From: an uncultured Prevotella sp.
GTDB taxonomy: Bacteria > Bacteroidota > Bacteroidia > Bacteroidales > Bacteroidaceae
Reading direction: 5' to 3'
Length of the DNA stretch: 36,712 nt
Assembly: GCA_937880835.1 (NCBI GenBank)
Contig: CALGRN010000189.1
Coordinates: 1-36,712, forward strand
Under the pieces are notes generated by a model, which was not told where the DNA came from, made no database searches, and saw only the letters and a list, made by a program, of their open reading frames with translations. The translations under genes and the position numbers were made by a program. This document shows positions 27,039 to 36,300 of the stretch, piece after piece (within the stretch, counting starts at the first letter, position 1; each line of letters begins with the position of its first letter).

Positions 27039-27075
27039 ATTACAGGAATTTTAAGGGGCGATTATGAGATAACAT
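27039..27075 (+). promoter_or_regulatory. Putative late promoter for scaffold/capsid genes
   Basis: ATTACAGGAATTTT, 17 nt, TAACAT. Confidence 0.75.
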
Positions 27076-27154
27076 ATCAATGACCAAGCATTAAAGTCGT
27101 AAAACTTTATGGAAATGTGAAGTCAAACACATGCGAAAAAATAGGAGGTACAAA

Positions 27155-27979
27155 ATGGATAATATCTTTGAAGAAGATAACCTTGTATTGGAAGATACTG
27201 AAAATGCAGAGGAACAGACTGCAGAAGAAGCTGTTGAAGGTGAGACTGCCGCCGAAACCGAAGAGGTTGAAGAAAAGCTGTATACCGAAGCCGAAATGAA
27301 CGCAAGAGTTGATGAACTGCTCGCTAAAAAGATAGCTCGCAGAGAGGCGAGAATCCGCAAAGAGTATGACAGAAAACTTGAACCGTACAGGAGAGCAGAA
27401 ACGGTATTAAACGCAGGGCTTGGCACTTCTAACATTGGAGAAGCAACGAAAAGCCTTACAGACTTTTATGCCGAAAAGGGCGTAAATATCCCGGAGTATC
27501 AGGAAACCCAGTATGACGAAGAGGATCTGAAAATTCTCGCAAGCAACGAGGCGCACAAAATCATTGAATCGGGTTTTGACGAGGTAGTTGAAGAGGTTGA
27601 CAGACTTGCAGACATCGGACTGGATAACATGAGCGCAAGGGAGAGACTTGTTTTCGGAGAACTTGCGAAATACAGGCAGGCGGAAGGAAGCAGAAAAGAA
27701 TTATTAAGTATCGGTGTTAAGAACGAAGTAATTGACAGCGAAGAGTTCAAAGGCTTTGCTGCAAAATTCAATCAGAACACACCTATCAAAGAAATTTACG
27801 ATTTGTATACCAAAACAGCAGACAAAGCGCAGCCTGAAAAAATAGGAAGCATGAAGAACGGCAATACTCAGGAAGAAAAGCATTACTATACACCGGAAGA
27901 GGTAGACAGGCTCACTGAGAAAGACTTTGAAAATCCTAAGATAATGGCTGATGTGAGGGCTTCAATGCTGAAATGGTAA
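27155..27979 (+). CDS. Capsid scaffolding protein
   Basis: Acidic N-terminus, YTEAEMNARV coiled coil, lies before the capsid gene. SD AGGAGGT. Confidence 0.8.
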   Translation: MDNIFEEDNLVLEDTENAEEQTAEEAVEGETAAETEEVEEKLYTEAEMNARVDELLAKKIARREARIRKEYDRKLEPYRRAETVLNAGLGTSNIGEATKSLTDFYAEKGVNIPEYQETQYDEEDLKILASNEAHKIIESGFDEVVEEVDRLADIGLDNMSARERLVFGELAKYRQAEGSRKELLSIGVKNEVIDSEEFKGFAAKFNQNTPIKEIYDLYTKTADKAQPEKIGSMKNGNTQEEKHYYTPEEVDRLTEKDFENPKIMADVRASMLKW

Positions 27980-28000
27980 CTCAGGAAGGAGTGATTAGAC

Positions 28001-28813
28001 ATGGCAGGTAATTTCAAGCCGATGTTTTGGTCAAAGTATTGTCAGACCGAATTACGCAAGGATCTTATTCTCGCTAACTGGTGCGATTATAAGTACGAAG
28101 GTGAAATTAAATATGGTGCACGACTGAAAATTGTTGGTGCTGTAAGACCTACAGTGCAGAAGTACATTCCGGGACAGGATTTAACTATTGAATCTCTGGG
28201 CGACAACTCGCAGTATCTTGACATCACAGAAAGTGATGCGTTTGCTTTCGAGGTTGATGACATTGACAGAGCACAGTCAATGAAAGGGTACCTTGAAACT
28301 CAGTTCGACGAAGCGAAGGCTGCACTTGCAGAGAGCGCAGATGCATTTGTCGGAGCACAGGCACAGTATGCCAATGCTGACATGATGAGTGCTTCAACAG
28401 ACGTTTCCGGACTTACTTCAATGCTTGCACCTATTAACGCTGCACACATTGTACTTTACGGTAACAACGTATCACAGAAAACAGAGCTTGCAGCAGATCT
28501 GAACGCAGAGCACATTGTAGGACTCAGAACTGAACTCGCAGAACTGTTTACGGAAAACGTTGAGTTTGTGAAGCGCGGCGCACTTGGCAAGTATGCAAAT
28601 ACATACCTGAGACTTTCTAACAATCTCTATAACGACGGTACAGACGATTACGAGATGGTTAGAACTAAAAAGGCTATTGCCTTTGCAGGACAGATTGATA
28701 AGGTCGAGACTGCAAGAAAAGAGAAGGGATTCGCGGACATCATCAAGGGGTTGCACGTATACGGCGCTAAGGTTGTAAGGCCTAAAGAACTGTACGTTAT
28801 CAAGGCGCACTAA
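28001..28813 (+). CDS. Major capsid protein (P22 coat-like, HK97 fold)
   Basis: FKP.FWS..YEGEI..G..LKI..F.VDDID.AQS..F.D..KGLHVYGAKVVRP. Confidence 0.9.
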   Translation: MAGNFKPMFWSKYCQTELRKDLILANWCDYKYEGEIKYGARLKIVGAVRPTVQKYIPGQDLTIESLGDNSQYLDITESDAFAFEVDDIDRAQSMKGYLETQFDEAKAALAESADAFVGAQAQYANADMMSASTDVSGLTSMLAPINAAHIVLYGNNVSQKTELAADLNAEHIVGLRTELAELFTENVEFVKRGALGKYANTYLRLSNNLYNDGTDDYEMVRTKKAIAFAGQIDKVETARKEKGFADIIKGLHVYGAKVVRPKELYVIKAH

Positions 28814-28830
28814 GAAAGGAGTGAGAGGTA

Positions 28831-29178
28831 ATGGCTGTTAAAGAATTGACACCTGTTAAGGGTGTACTGAATAAAATCACAGAGTTTGAGTTTGAGGCTG
28901 CAACTGCAGCAGGCGACGGTTGCGTATTTACACTTCCGAAGACAACAGACGAATACGTCGTTGTACTTCTGTATAATAGCGGCGGCTCAAACTACAATGT
29001 GACAGTAAAGAAACCGGTTAAGGGCAGTTATGCTGCTGCCGGAGGCGATGAAGTACATGAACTTGCAGCAGGCGAGTTTGCAGTACTTAGGTTTGAATCT
29101 GCTAAATGGGCTGAGAACGATGGAAGCATTAAGATTGTTCCGGCAAATGTAGCGGTAAAAATGGCGGTTCTCTACTAA
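28831..29178 (+). CDS. Probable capsid decoration protein
   Basis: 115-aa beta-rich protein directly after the capsid gene, before a terminator. Confidence 0.6.
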   Translation: MAVKELTPVKGVLNKITEFEFEAATAAGDGCVFTLPKTTDEYVVVLLYNSGGSNYNVTVKKPVKGSYAAAGGDEVHELAAGEFAVLRFESAKWAENDGSIKIVPANVAVKMAVLY

Positions 29179-29184
29179 TGAATT

Positions 29185-29210
29185 AAGGGGCGTTTACAGC
29201 GTCCCTTTAT
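29185..29210 (+). terminator. Intrinsic terminator after the capsid genes
   Basis: AAGGGGCG-TTTACAG-CGTCCCTT followed by TAT. Confidence 0.6.
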
Positions 29211-29264
29211 ATCGTGTTAAGAGTAAAACGGCGGTGCAACTCCGCCAGACACGCAGGAGGAAAC

Positions 29265-29618
29265 ATGAAAGAAATTACTTTAGAAAACTTGAAAAAATAT
29301 GTAATTACGCCGAATGTGGGGTTTTACGGTGGGTATGTGCATACCGGAGAAGACATATTGTTGTGCGATGATCATGATGAGGACGAAGGTTATGACTTCA
29401 AAGTAATGCAGAAAATAGTTAACAATGTACTGGTTACAGACCTTTCGAGAGTCTACGAAACGACAAACGGAAAGAAAGTAATAGAAACGTCACACATGGA
29501 AATAGAGCTTGAAGAGGGGCAGCTTCTTGTATATGTACAGGGAACAGGCTTTACTATTCCGGAATACAGAATGTGCCAGATTGATGAGGCTATCAACCAG
29601 TATGAAATAATAAAGTAA
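29265..29618 (+). CDS. Hypothetical protein of the structural module
   Basis: MKEITLEN start after SD AGGAGG. Confidence 0.7.
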   Translation: MKEITLENLKKYVITPNVGFYGGYVHTGEDILLCDDHDEDEGYDFKVMQKIVNNVLVTDLSRVYETTNGKKVIETSHMEIELEEGQLLVYVQGTGFTIPEYRMCQIDEAINQYEIIK

Positions 29619-29628
29619 AGGAGACACC

Positions 29629-30195
29629 ATGACTTTACAGGAGATGAAGAAAAAGATACTCAGAATGATTGAGGAAGTAGGAACGGGCACTGCACTTACA
29701 GACGATCCGGACATCGAGGCAAAGCTCAATGATGTTATCAATCAGGTAATGTTCGAGCTTGCGCGAATGAAGAAAATACCGGCAAAGGTTGTACAGGACA
29801 TTACAACGGATTATTCAACGTTTGATTTACGAACTGTCGAAAACTTTTATCAGCTTGACAACATGAGATATGTAAGTGCAGACGGTGAGGAACTTGAATA
29901 CGATCTGTTTGGTACATTTGTGACGTTCCCGGAGGAGGGAACGGCAATTATCCATTATTTCAAATATCCAGAGAGAATAGACGCCGACACAGACGATATA
30001 CAGTACACGTTTGAACTTTCGGACGATGCGCTTGAAGTTATGCCATACGGGGTAGCTGCAGACGTACTTAAAAGCGATGTATCGAATAATTACGGTCAGA
30101 TATACGAGGCGAGATACAAGGAAATGCTGCAGACTCTTGATTCCAGATATTCAACAGGTCAGATATACATTGAAAGTGAGGTGCTATTTGAATGA
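29629..30195 (+). CDS. Head-tail adaptor (P22 gp4 / T7 gp11-like)
   Basis: MTL.EMK..I..IN....EL, Y.KYP..I, and MPYGVAA motifs. Position fits an adaptor. Confidence 0.7.
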   Translation: MTLQEMKKKILRMIEEVGTGTALTDDPDIEAKLNDVINQVMFELARMKKIPAKVVQDITTDYSTFDLRTVENFYQLDNMRYVSADGEELEYDLFGTFVTFPEEGTAIIHYFKYPERIDADTDDIQYTFELSDDALEVMPYGVAADVLKSDVSNNYGQIYEARYKEMLQTLDSRYSTGQIYIESEVLFE

Positions 30196-31892
30196 GTAAC
30201 GCAAGCGGAAGCCTTATAACAAGGGTTTATTCATCGTTTAGGGGCGTGGACTTTCGCGGTGAGGAGACAAACCTTACCAGAAGTCCGGACTCGCTTAATA
30301 TGTGGAAAGACTATAGAGAAATTGAAAGTATAAGAACACGTCCAGAATTAGTAAATCATATTGCCTTTGGTAGTAATAACGTTTGGGGCGTGTTCTTTTA
30401 CAAAGTGGGTAATACAGAACTTACACTTGTGCATGTAGGTACAGTCCTGTATGAGATTAGAAACGGGACGCAAAGACAGCTTTATACAGGTCTTAATCCG
30501 AAAAGAAGTCAGAGCTTCATATACAACAATATATGGTATTTCAAAGATGGAATAAATTATTTGAGATATGACGGAGAGGTAATAGGTGAGGTAGTAGGCT
30601 TTGTTCCGACAACATCAATAGGCAGACGACCGGAAGGCGGAGGCACAGTGTATCAGGACATAAACATGCTTACAGGACAGAGAATAAATACATTCCTTGC
30701 AGATGGGGAAAGCACTGAATATTACCTTGACGCACAGAGCATTGACACGGATTTTCAGCCGGTAGTAACTGTCAATGGGGTTGATACGCAGGACTTCACT
30801 GTTAATACATCAGAGGGAAAGATAGTATTTACTACTCCGCCACCGGAGCCACTTACAGTAGGGCAGGACAACGTAACGGTTAAGTTCAGAAAAACAATAG
30901 CCGGATATAGAGACAGAATAAACAAATGCACATTGCTGCAGGTGTTTGACAACAGAGTTTTTTTTAGCGGCAATCAGGACTATCCTAATGTGTTATGGCA
31001 CTGCTCGCTAAACGATCCGAGCTACTGTAGCGACCTTGACTATTACAATGAGGGACTCGACCATGCGCCAATAAATGCACTGGTTGCAGGGAACAACGCA
31101 CTATGGGTATTCAAAGAGCCGTCACAGGCAAATACAACGGTTTTTTATCATAATCCGGTAGTAGATGCAGAATACGGAAAAATATATCCGTCAACACATT
31201 CAAGTATATCACTCGGCTGCAATGCGGCAGGAATTAACTTTAATGATGATATAGCGTTCTTTAGCGAGCGCGGAATGGAAGCTATAAACGGTGATGTAAC
31301 ATCTGAACAGGTTGTAGCGCACAGAAGTTTGCTAATAGATAGAAAACTACTATCAGAAACAAACTATAAAAATATGATACTCGAAGAATGGGAAGGATAT
31401 TTACTTGTGATCATAGACAAGCATGTGTACCTTGCGGATTCAAGAGCAATGTTTGCGAACGAGGATCATAACGAGTATGAGTGGTTTTATTGGGAGCTTA
31501 GCAAGACAATAACATGCACGAAGGTACACAACGGCATTTTATACATGGGAGCGTCGGACGGAACAATTTATACGCTTACAGATACGACAAGCAGCGTTAT
31601 AAGCTATTGGACTACACCGCTTGATAAGTTCAAATTTCCGCAATATCAGAAGACAACAAATAAACGCGGCTGCACAGTGGAAGCAACAGGAAACATAGAG
31701 GTTTTAGTTAAAACAAACAAACAGGCAACATGGGAAAGTATAGGTGCATATACAAACATTACAGATTATTTCGTATCTCGAATAAAGCGAAAAAAATTCA
31801 AGGATATACAGTTAAAGTTTTATTCAGCAACAAGGTTCAGTTTAGAACAGGCAAGCCTTGAATGTTATGTAGGTGGATATATCAAGAGGTAG
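30192..31892 (+). CDS. Short-tail nozzle/stabilisation protein (P22 gp10 / T7 gp12-like beta-propeller)
   Basis: FRGVDF..SPDSLNM, NRVFFSGN..W.C, and LWVFKE repeats. 566 aa. Confidence 0.75.
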   Translation: MSNASGSLITRVYSSFRGVDFRGEETNLTRSPDSLNMWKDYREIESIRTRPELVNHIAFGSNNVWGVFFYKVGNTELTLVHVGTVLYEIRNGTQRQLYTGLNPKRSQSFIYNNIWYFKDGINYLRYDGEVIGEVVGFVPTTSIGRRPEGGGTVYQDINMLTGQRINTFLADGESTEYYLDAQSIDTDFQPVVTVNGVDTQDFTVNTSEGKIVFTTPPPEPLTVGQDNVTVKFRKTIAGYRDRINKCTLLQVFDNRVFFSGNQDYPNVLWHCSLNDPSYCSDLDYYNEGLDHAPINALVAGNNALWVFKEPSQANTTVFYHNPVVDAEYGKIYPSTHSSISLGCNAAGINFNDDIAFFSERGMEAINGDVTSEQVVAHRSLLIDRKLLSETNYKNMILEEWEGYLLVIIDKHVYLADSRAMFANEDHNEYEWFYWELSKTITCTKVHNGILYMGASDGTIYTLTDTTSSVISYWTTPLDKFKFPQYQKTTNKRGCTVEATGNIEVLVKTNKQATWESIGAYTNITDYFVSRIKRKKFKDIQLKFYSATRFSLEQASLECYVGGYIKR

Positions 31893-31904
31893 AAAGGAGT
31901 AAAC

Positions 31905-33350
31905 ATGGCTACGACATACACATATGATCCGGTAACGCCAGATTATGACATAGACTATACAGACAAAAGGTTTGCGCAGGTTGAAGCGAATAAACAGGCT
32001 GCAATAGGCAATATGGAAAACACTTATAATGACATGATTAACCAGTCAGATAAGTTCTATCAAGACCAGATTAACGCAGCGAAAGATTACGCTAACACAC
32101 AGCAGCAACTGCAGCAGGATCAGACAAATTTTGCGATTGAACAGATAGAGCAGCAGAAAGATAAGGCAGGAAAGGATTATACAAAAGAGCAGGCAGGAGC
32201 ATATACAGACTGGCAGAAACAGTCTGATCAGTACGGCGCAAATGCAGAGCAAATGGCAGCACAGGGACTTGTAGGTTCCGGTTACAGTGAATCAAGTCAG
32301 GTAAGCATGTACAACACTTATCAGAACAGGGTTGCAGTAGCAAGGGAGAGCTTTAATAATGCTGTACTCAATTACGATAATGCGATTAAGGATGCACAGC
32401 TGCAGAACAATGCGAAACTCGCGGAGATAGCTTATCAGGCATTACAGACGGAGCTTGAACTTTCACTTGAAGGTTTCCAGTACAAGAACACATTGCTGAC
32501 TGAAAAGGCAAGTAAGCTGCAGGAGCTTGATAACGAATATTACAACAGATGGCAGGATGTTGTTAATCAGATGAATACTGAAAATGCGATGGCAGAACAG
32601 GTACGGCAGTACAACGAAGCTCAGAAACTTGAATACGCACAGCTCAATGAGCAGGCTAAACAGTTTGAGCAAGAATACAAACTCAAGGTTAAGCAGTATG
32701 AGGAAGAAATTAGACAGTTCAATAAAGACTATGACCTCAAGGTTAAACAGTACAAGGAAAGCATTAGGCAGTTTGATTTAGAACTCGCAAGACTCAAAAA
32801 GAAAGACACTGCCGAGGCTAAACAAAAAGCTAAAGAACTTGCACTTGAAAAGAAAAAATTACAACAGCAGCAGAAAGAAGCTGATAGAGATTACAAACTT
32901 AAACAACAGCAGCTCAAACTTCAGCGGCAGCAACTCGAAGAAGAAAAGAGACAGTATAACGCGAGTCTCAAAGCTGCAAAAAGCAGTAGTAGCGGCGGCT
33001 CATCCAGTTATAGCGGCGGCTCATCCAGTTATAGCGGCGGTTCATCAAGCATTAGCAATTCAAAACCAGAGGTCAGCACAGACTTCTATCAAGGATCTAA
33101 AGCTGCAAATGTAGGTGGGTTTGGTTATTTCGGGAACGGATACCAACCTAAAGGCGTTGTCGTTGGAGGGACAGCCCGTCAGCTTGTTGCGAGTGGTGCT
33201 ACCGTAAATGTTAAGACGCAAACGCTCAACGGTAGGAATGTGACTGTTACGCAAAAAGTATGGAAAGCAAAAGGAACAAATACCTACTGGTTATGGGATG
33301 GACGCGTTAATAAATATCTCCAATGCGATAAAAACGGCAGGTTGTTATAA
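31905..33350 (+). CDS. Probable ejection/internal virion protein (Q-rich coiled coil)
   Basis: MAAQGL.GSGYSESSQ motif, long coiled coil, GS linker, small C-terminal domain. Confidence 0.65.
   Translation: MATTYTYDPVTPDYDIDYTDKRFAQVEANKQAAIGNMENTYNDMINQSDKFYQDQINAAKDYANTQQQLQQDQTNFAIEQIEQQKDKAGKDYTKEQAGAYTDWQKQSDQYGANAEQMAAQGLVGSGYSESSQVSMYNTYQNRVAVARESFNNAVLNYDNAIKDAQLQNNAKLAEIAYQALQTELELSLEGFQYKNTLLTEKASKLQELDNEYYNRWQDVVNQMNTENAMAEQVRQYNEAQKLEYAQLNEQAKQFEQEYKLKVKQYEEEIRQFNKDYDLKVKQYKESIRQFDLELARLKKKDTAEAKQKAKELALEKKKLQQQQKEADRDYKLKQQQLKLQRQQLEEEKRQYNASLKAAKSSSSGGSSSYSGGSSSYSGGSSSISNSKPEVSTDFYQGSKAANVGGFGYFGNGYQPKGVVVGGTARQLVASGATVNVKTQTLNGRNVTVTQKVWKAKGTNTYWLWDGRVNKYLQCDKNGRLL
32990..33049 (+). 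repeat. 21-bp tandem repeat encoding SGGSSSY (about 3 copies)
   Basis: TAGCGGCGGCTCATCCAGTTA is repeated. Confidence 0.9.
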
Positions 33351-33361
33351 GGAGTGACAAG

Positions 33362-36300
33362 ATGGCTAAAAAGAAAAAGAAGAATAAAAACGTCGGAACG
33401 GTCGATTTCATTACCGGCAAATATACATCAAATGCAGGTGTTGCGGCAATAGACAGACGAAATAACAATGTAGGCACAATGGACTACACTACCGGCAGAT
33501 ATACACCGACACAGGCACCGGCACCAAAGCCGAAAGTAACAACCCAGAACGAGCAAAAGCGTTCATGGTTCAACAAAGGCTTGTTTGAGGATGGTTATGA
33601 TTTTGGGGATATAACCAAAAGTCTTTTAGCAACAGATGCTGATTTAGTCAAGAATTTCATAACCGGAGCAGCAAAGGTAGGCGAAGGTGCTATAGATGCC
33701 GGCGCATATGCGGTTCAGGGCATAGCAAAACGAGTTGGAAATGATAGCCTCGCAAAACAGACAAAAGATTTTATATCGCAGGATCTGGTAGAAAAATATA
33801 AACTTGATGATAAACTCCAACAGAGTATTAGCAAGCTGCCGGTAATAGGGCAGGGATTACAGGCTGTAGGCGCAGCAAATGCAGTAGTAAACGGTGATAA
33901 GACGCAGAAGCGTTCAGTTTTAGATGATAAATCAGATTCACTTGTGCAGTCAGCAGGGCTGCTTGCCGGAACAGCAGGACTGCAGGCTGTAGGTGTTCCG
34001 TGGTGGGTAACTATGGGTACATCCTCATTCGGAAGCGGAGTAGAAGAGGCATACAAAGACGGTGCCACATACGGGGAAGCCGGAGTTTACGGAGGCATAA
34101 ATGCAGCCTCAGAAACGCTGCTTGAAAAGCTTTCGGGTGGAATTAAGTTCGGAGGCATGAAAACACTTGATAGCGGCTTGAAAAAGAAGATTGCAACCGG
34201 CATAACCAATAAAGTTGTAAGTACTCTTGGCAAGTTCGGTATGGACATGGCAGGAGAAGGAACCGAAGAAGTGCTGCAGGAAGTTGTGCAGAACGTAGGC
34301 AAAAAGCTCACATATGAGGATGGCAAGACGTGGAATGAGCTGCTTACAAGCGAGGAGGCGATGGATGGCTACTTGGAGTCATTTATAGGCGGCGCAGTTC
34401 TGGGCGGCGGATTTAACGCTAAAAGACTTGGAAGTTCACTTAAAACAGGCCGTGACTATGATACTGGCCTTACTTCAAATGAGCAGGCAGTTGTAACTAA
34501 GGAAGTGGAAAACAGGAGCAAAGAGAAGCAGAAGGCGGTGGCACTTAATACTGAAGTAGAAAAGGCTATCAAGGAAGCTGAAGCAAGGACTCAGGGCACA
34601 GTAAACGAAGAAGGCAGAGAACTTATTAAGAAGCAGGTGCAAGAAAAGCTTGATAACGGTGAAATAGACTATTCTACAGCTACGCTAAGCAAGAAAGAAA
34701 TAACTGCTATTGAAAAAGAGGTAACAAACGATCTTAAAAAGGGCTACATAGGCATTAACACTATTGAAGAGACATTTTCTACGGAGGCTACTGAGAAGCT
34801 GCAGAAGCTTGAAGATGAACTGACAAAAGAAACAGATCCGACGAAGCAGGGGTTAATCCAGAAGGACATAAACGAGCTGAGACAGGAAAGAGCGTCAGAG
34901 CTTAGCGGAATGTTAAACAAGGACGTGTACCTGCAGGAAAGCTACAGGCAGGAGAATTTAAGTAGAGAAGCGTTTACGCGCGAAGAGACAAAGGAAGATA
35001 CCGATGTTACTAAAGCACTTGCAGAGAGCGCAAAGGCAGCAGGACTTTCTAATACGCGAAAAGCGCATGAAACCTTTGATTTAATTGATAAAATAGCAAA
35101 CGATACGGGCGTACAGTACGGATTTACAAGTAACAAACAGCTCAAGGAAATGCAGAGTTTGAAGCAGATTCCAGAGGATATAGACGTTACCAGTGTAAAC
35201 GGGTTTTATCGTGTAACCGGCAAGGACGGAAACGGCAAGATTTTGATAAATATAGACTCACAAAAAGCTATTGATACTGTAATCGGACATGAAACTACAC
35301 ACCTGTTTGAAGGAACGAAGGAATATAAAGAGCTGCAGGCTATAGCAACAGACTACGCAAAGACGAAAGGAGAATATGAGGTCAGATATGGTGCTATTAG
35401 CAAGCTTTATAGTGGAGTAAAAGGCGCAAATGTAGAGAATGAAATTACAGCGGACTTAGTGGGAGATTATTTGTTCAGCAATGAGCAGTTTGTGAATGAA
35501 CTTTCAGCAAAGCAGCCCAACATATTCAAGAGGATTTACGAGTATATTTCCGGAGCTGCAAAGAAAGCAACTGCAGGCAGTAAAGAAGAAAGACAGCTTT
35601 TAGAATTTAAGCAAAAATACAAGAAGCTCTACAGGGAAATTAGTAAGGCTACTACTAAGGAAACGGAAACTAATTCGCTTACAGAAGCCGACAGCAACAC
35701 GCCAGAAAATGTAAATTTCTCAATGGGAGAAAATCCATTACTGTATGACAGTGAAGGCAGGAAGCTATCTGAAGGACAGCAGAAATACTTTAAGGACTCC
35801 AAAGTCAGAAATGATGAGGGCAACCTTTTAGTTATGTATCATGGCACACCTTCCGGAAACTTCACGGTATTTAGAGACGGCTCATATTTCACGCCTGATG
35901 CCGAGTATGCAGAGCGTTTTCAGGACACAAGCGCAAGCAGCATTAGTGCCGGAAAAACAAAAGATAATCCTAAAACATATGAAGTATATCTTAATATTAA
36001 AAAGCCTTTTGACATTAACGATCCGGAAGCTCGCGCCATATATATCAATGACTATATCAAGGGCGGTAATGCTATGGGTATCAATCCATACGAAAACGAC
36101 TCTTATTATGACAGTATTGAAAATATTGACTGGACAGAGGGCGAAGATTTAAGAGATTTCTTAATAGAAGAAGGTTACGACTATGACGGACTGGTATTAG
36201 ATGAAGGCGCAGACGGTGGATATGGTGAGGCGGTACAGTACAGAGGAAAATCATATGTAACGTTTAGCCCAGAACAGGTGAAGGACGTAACAAACCTCAA

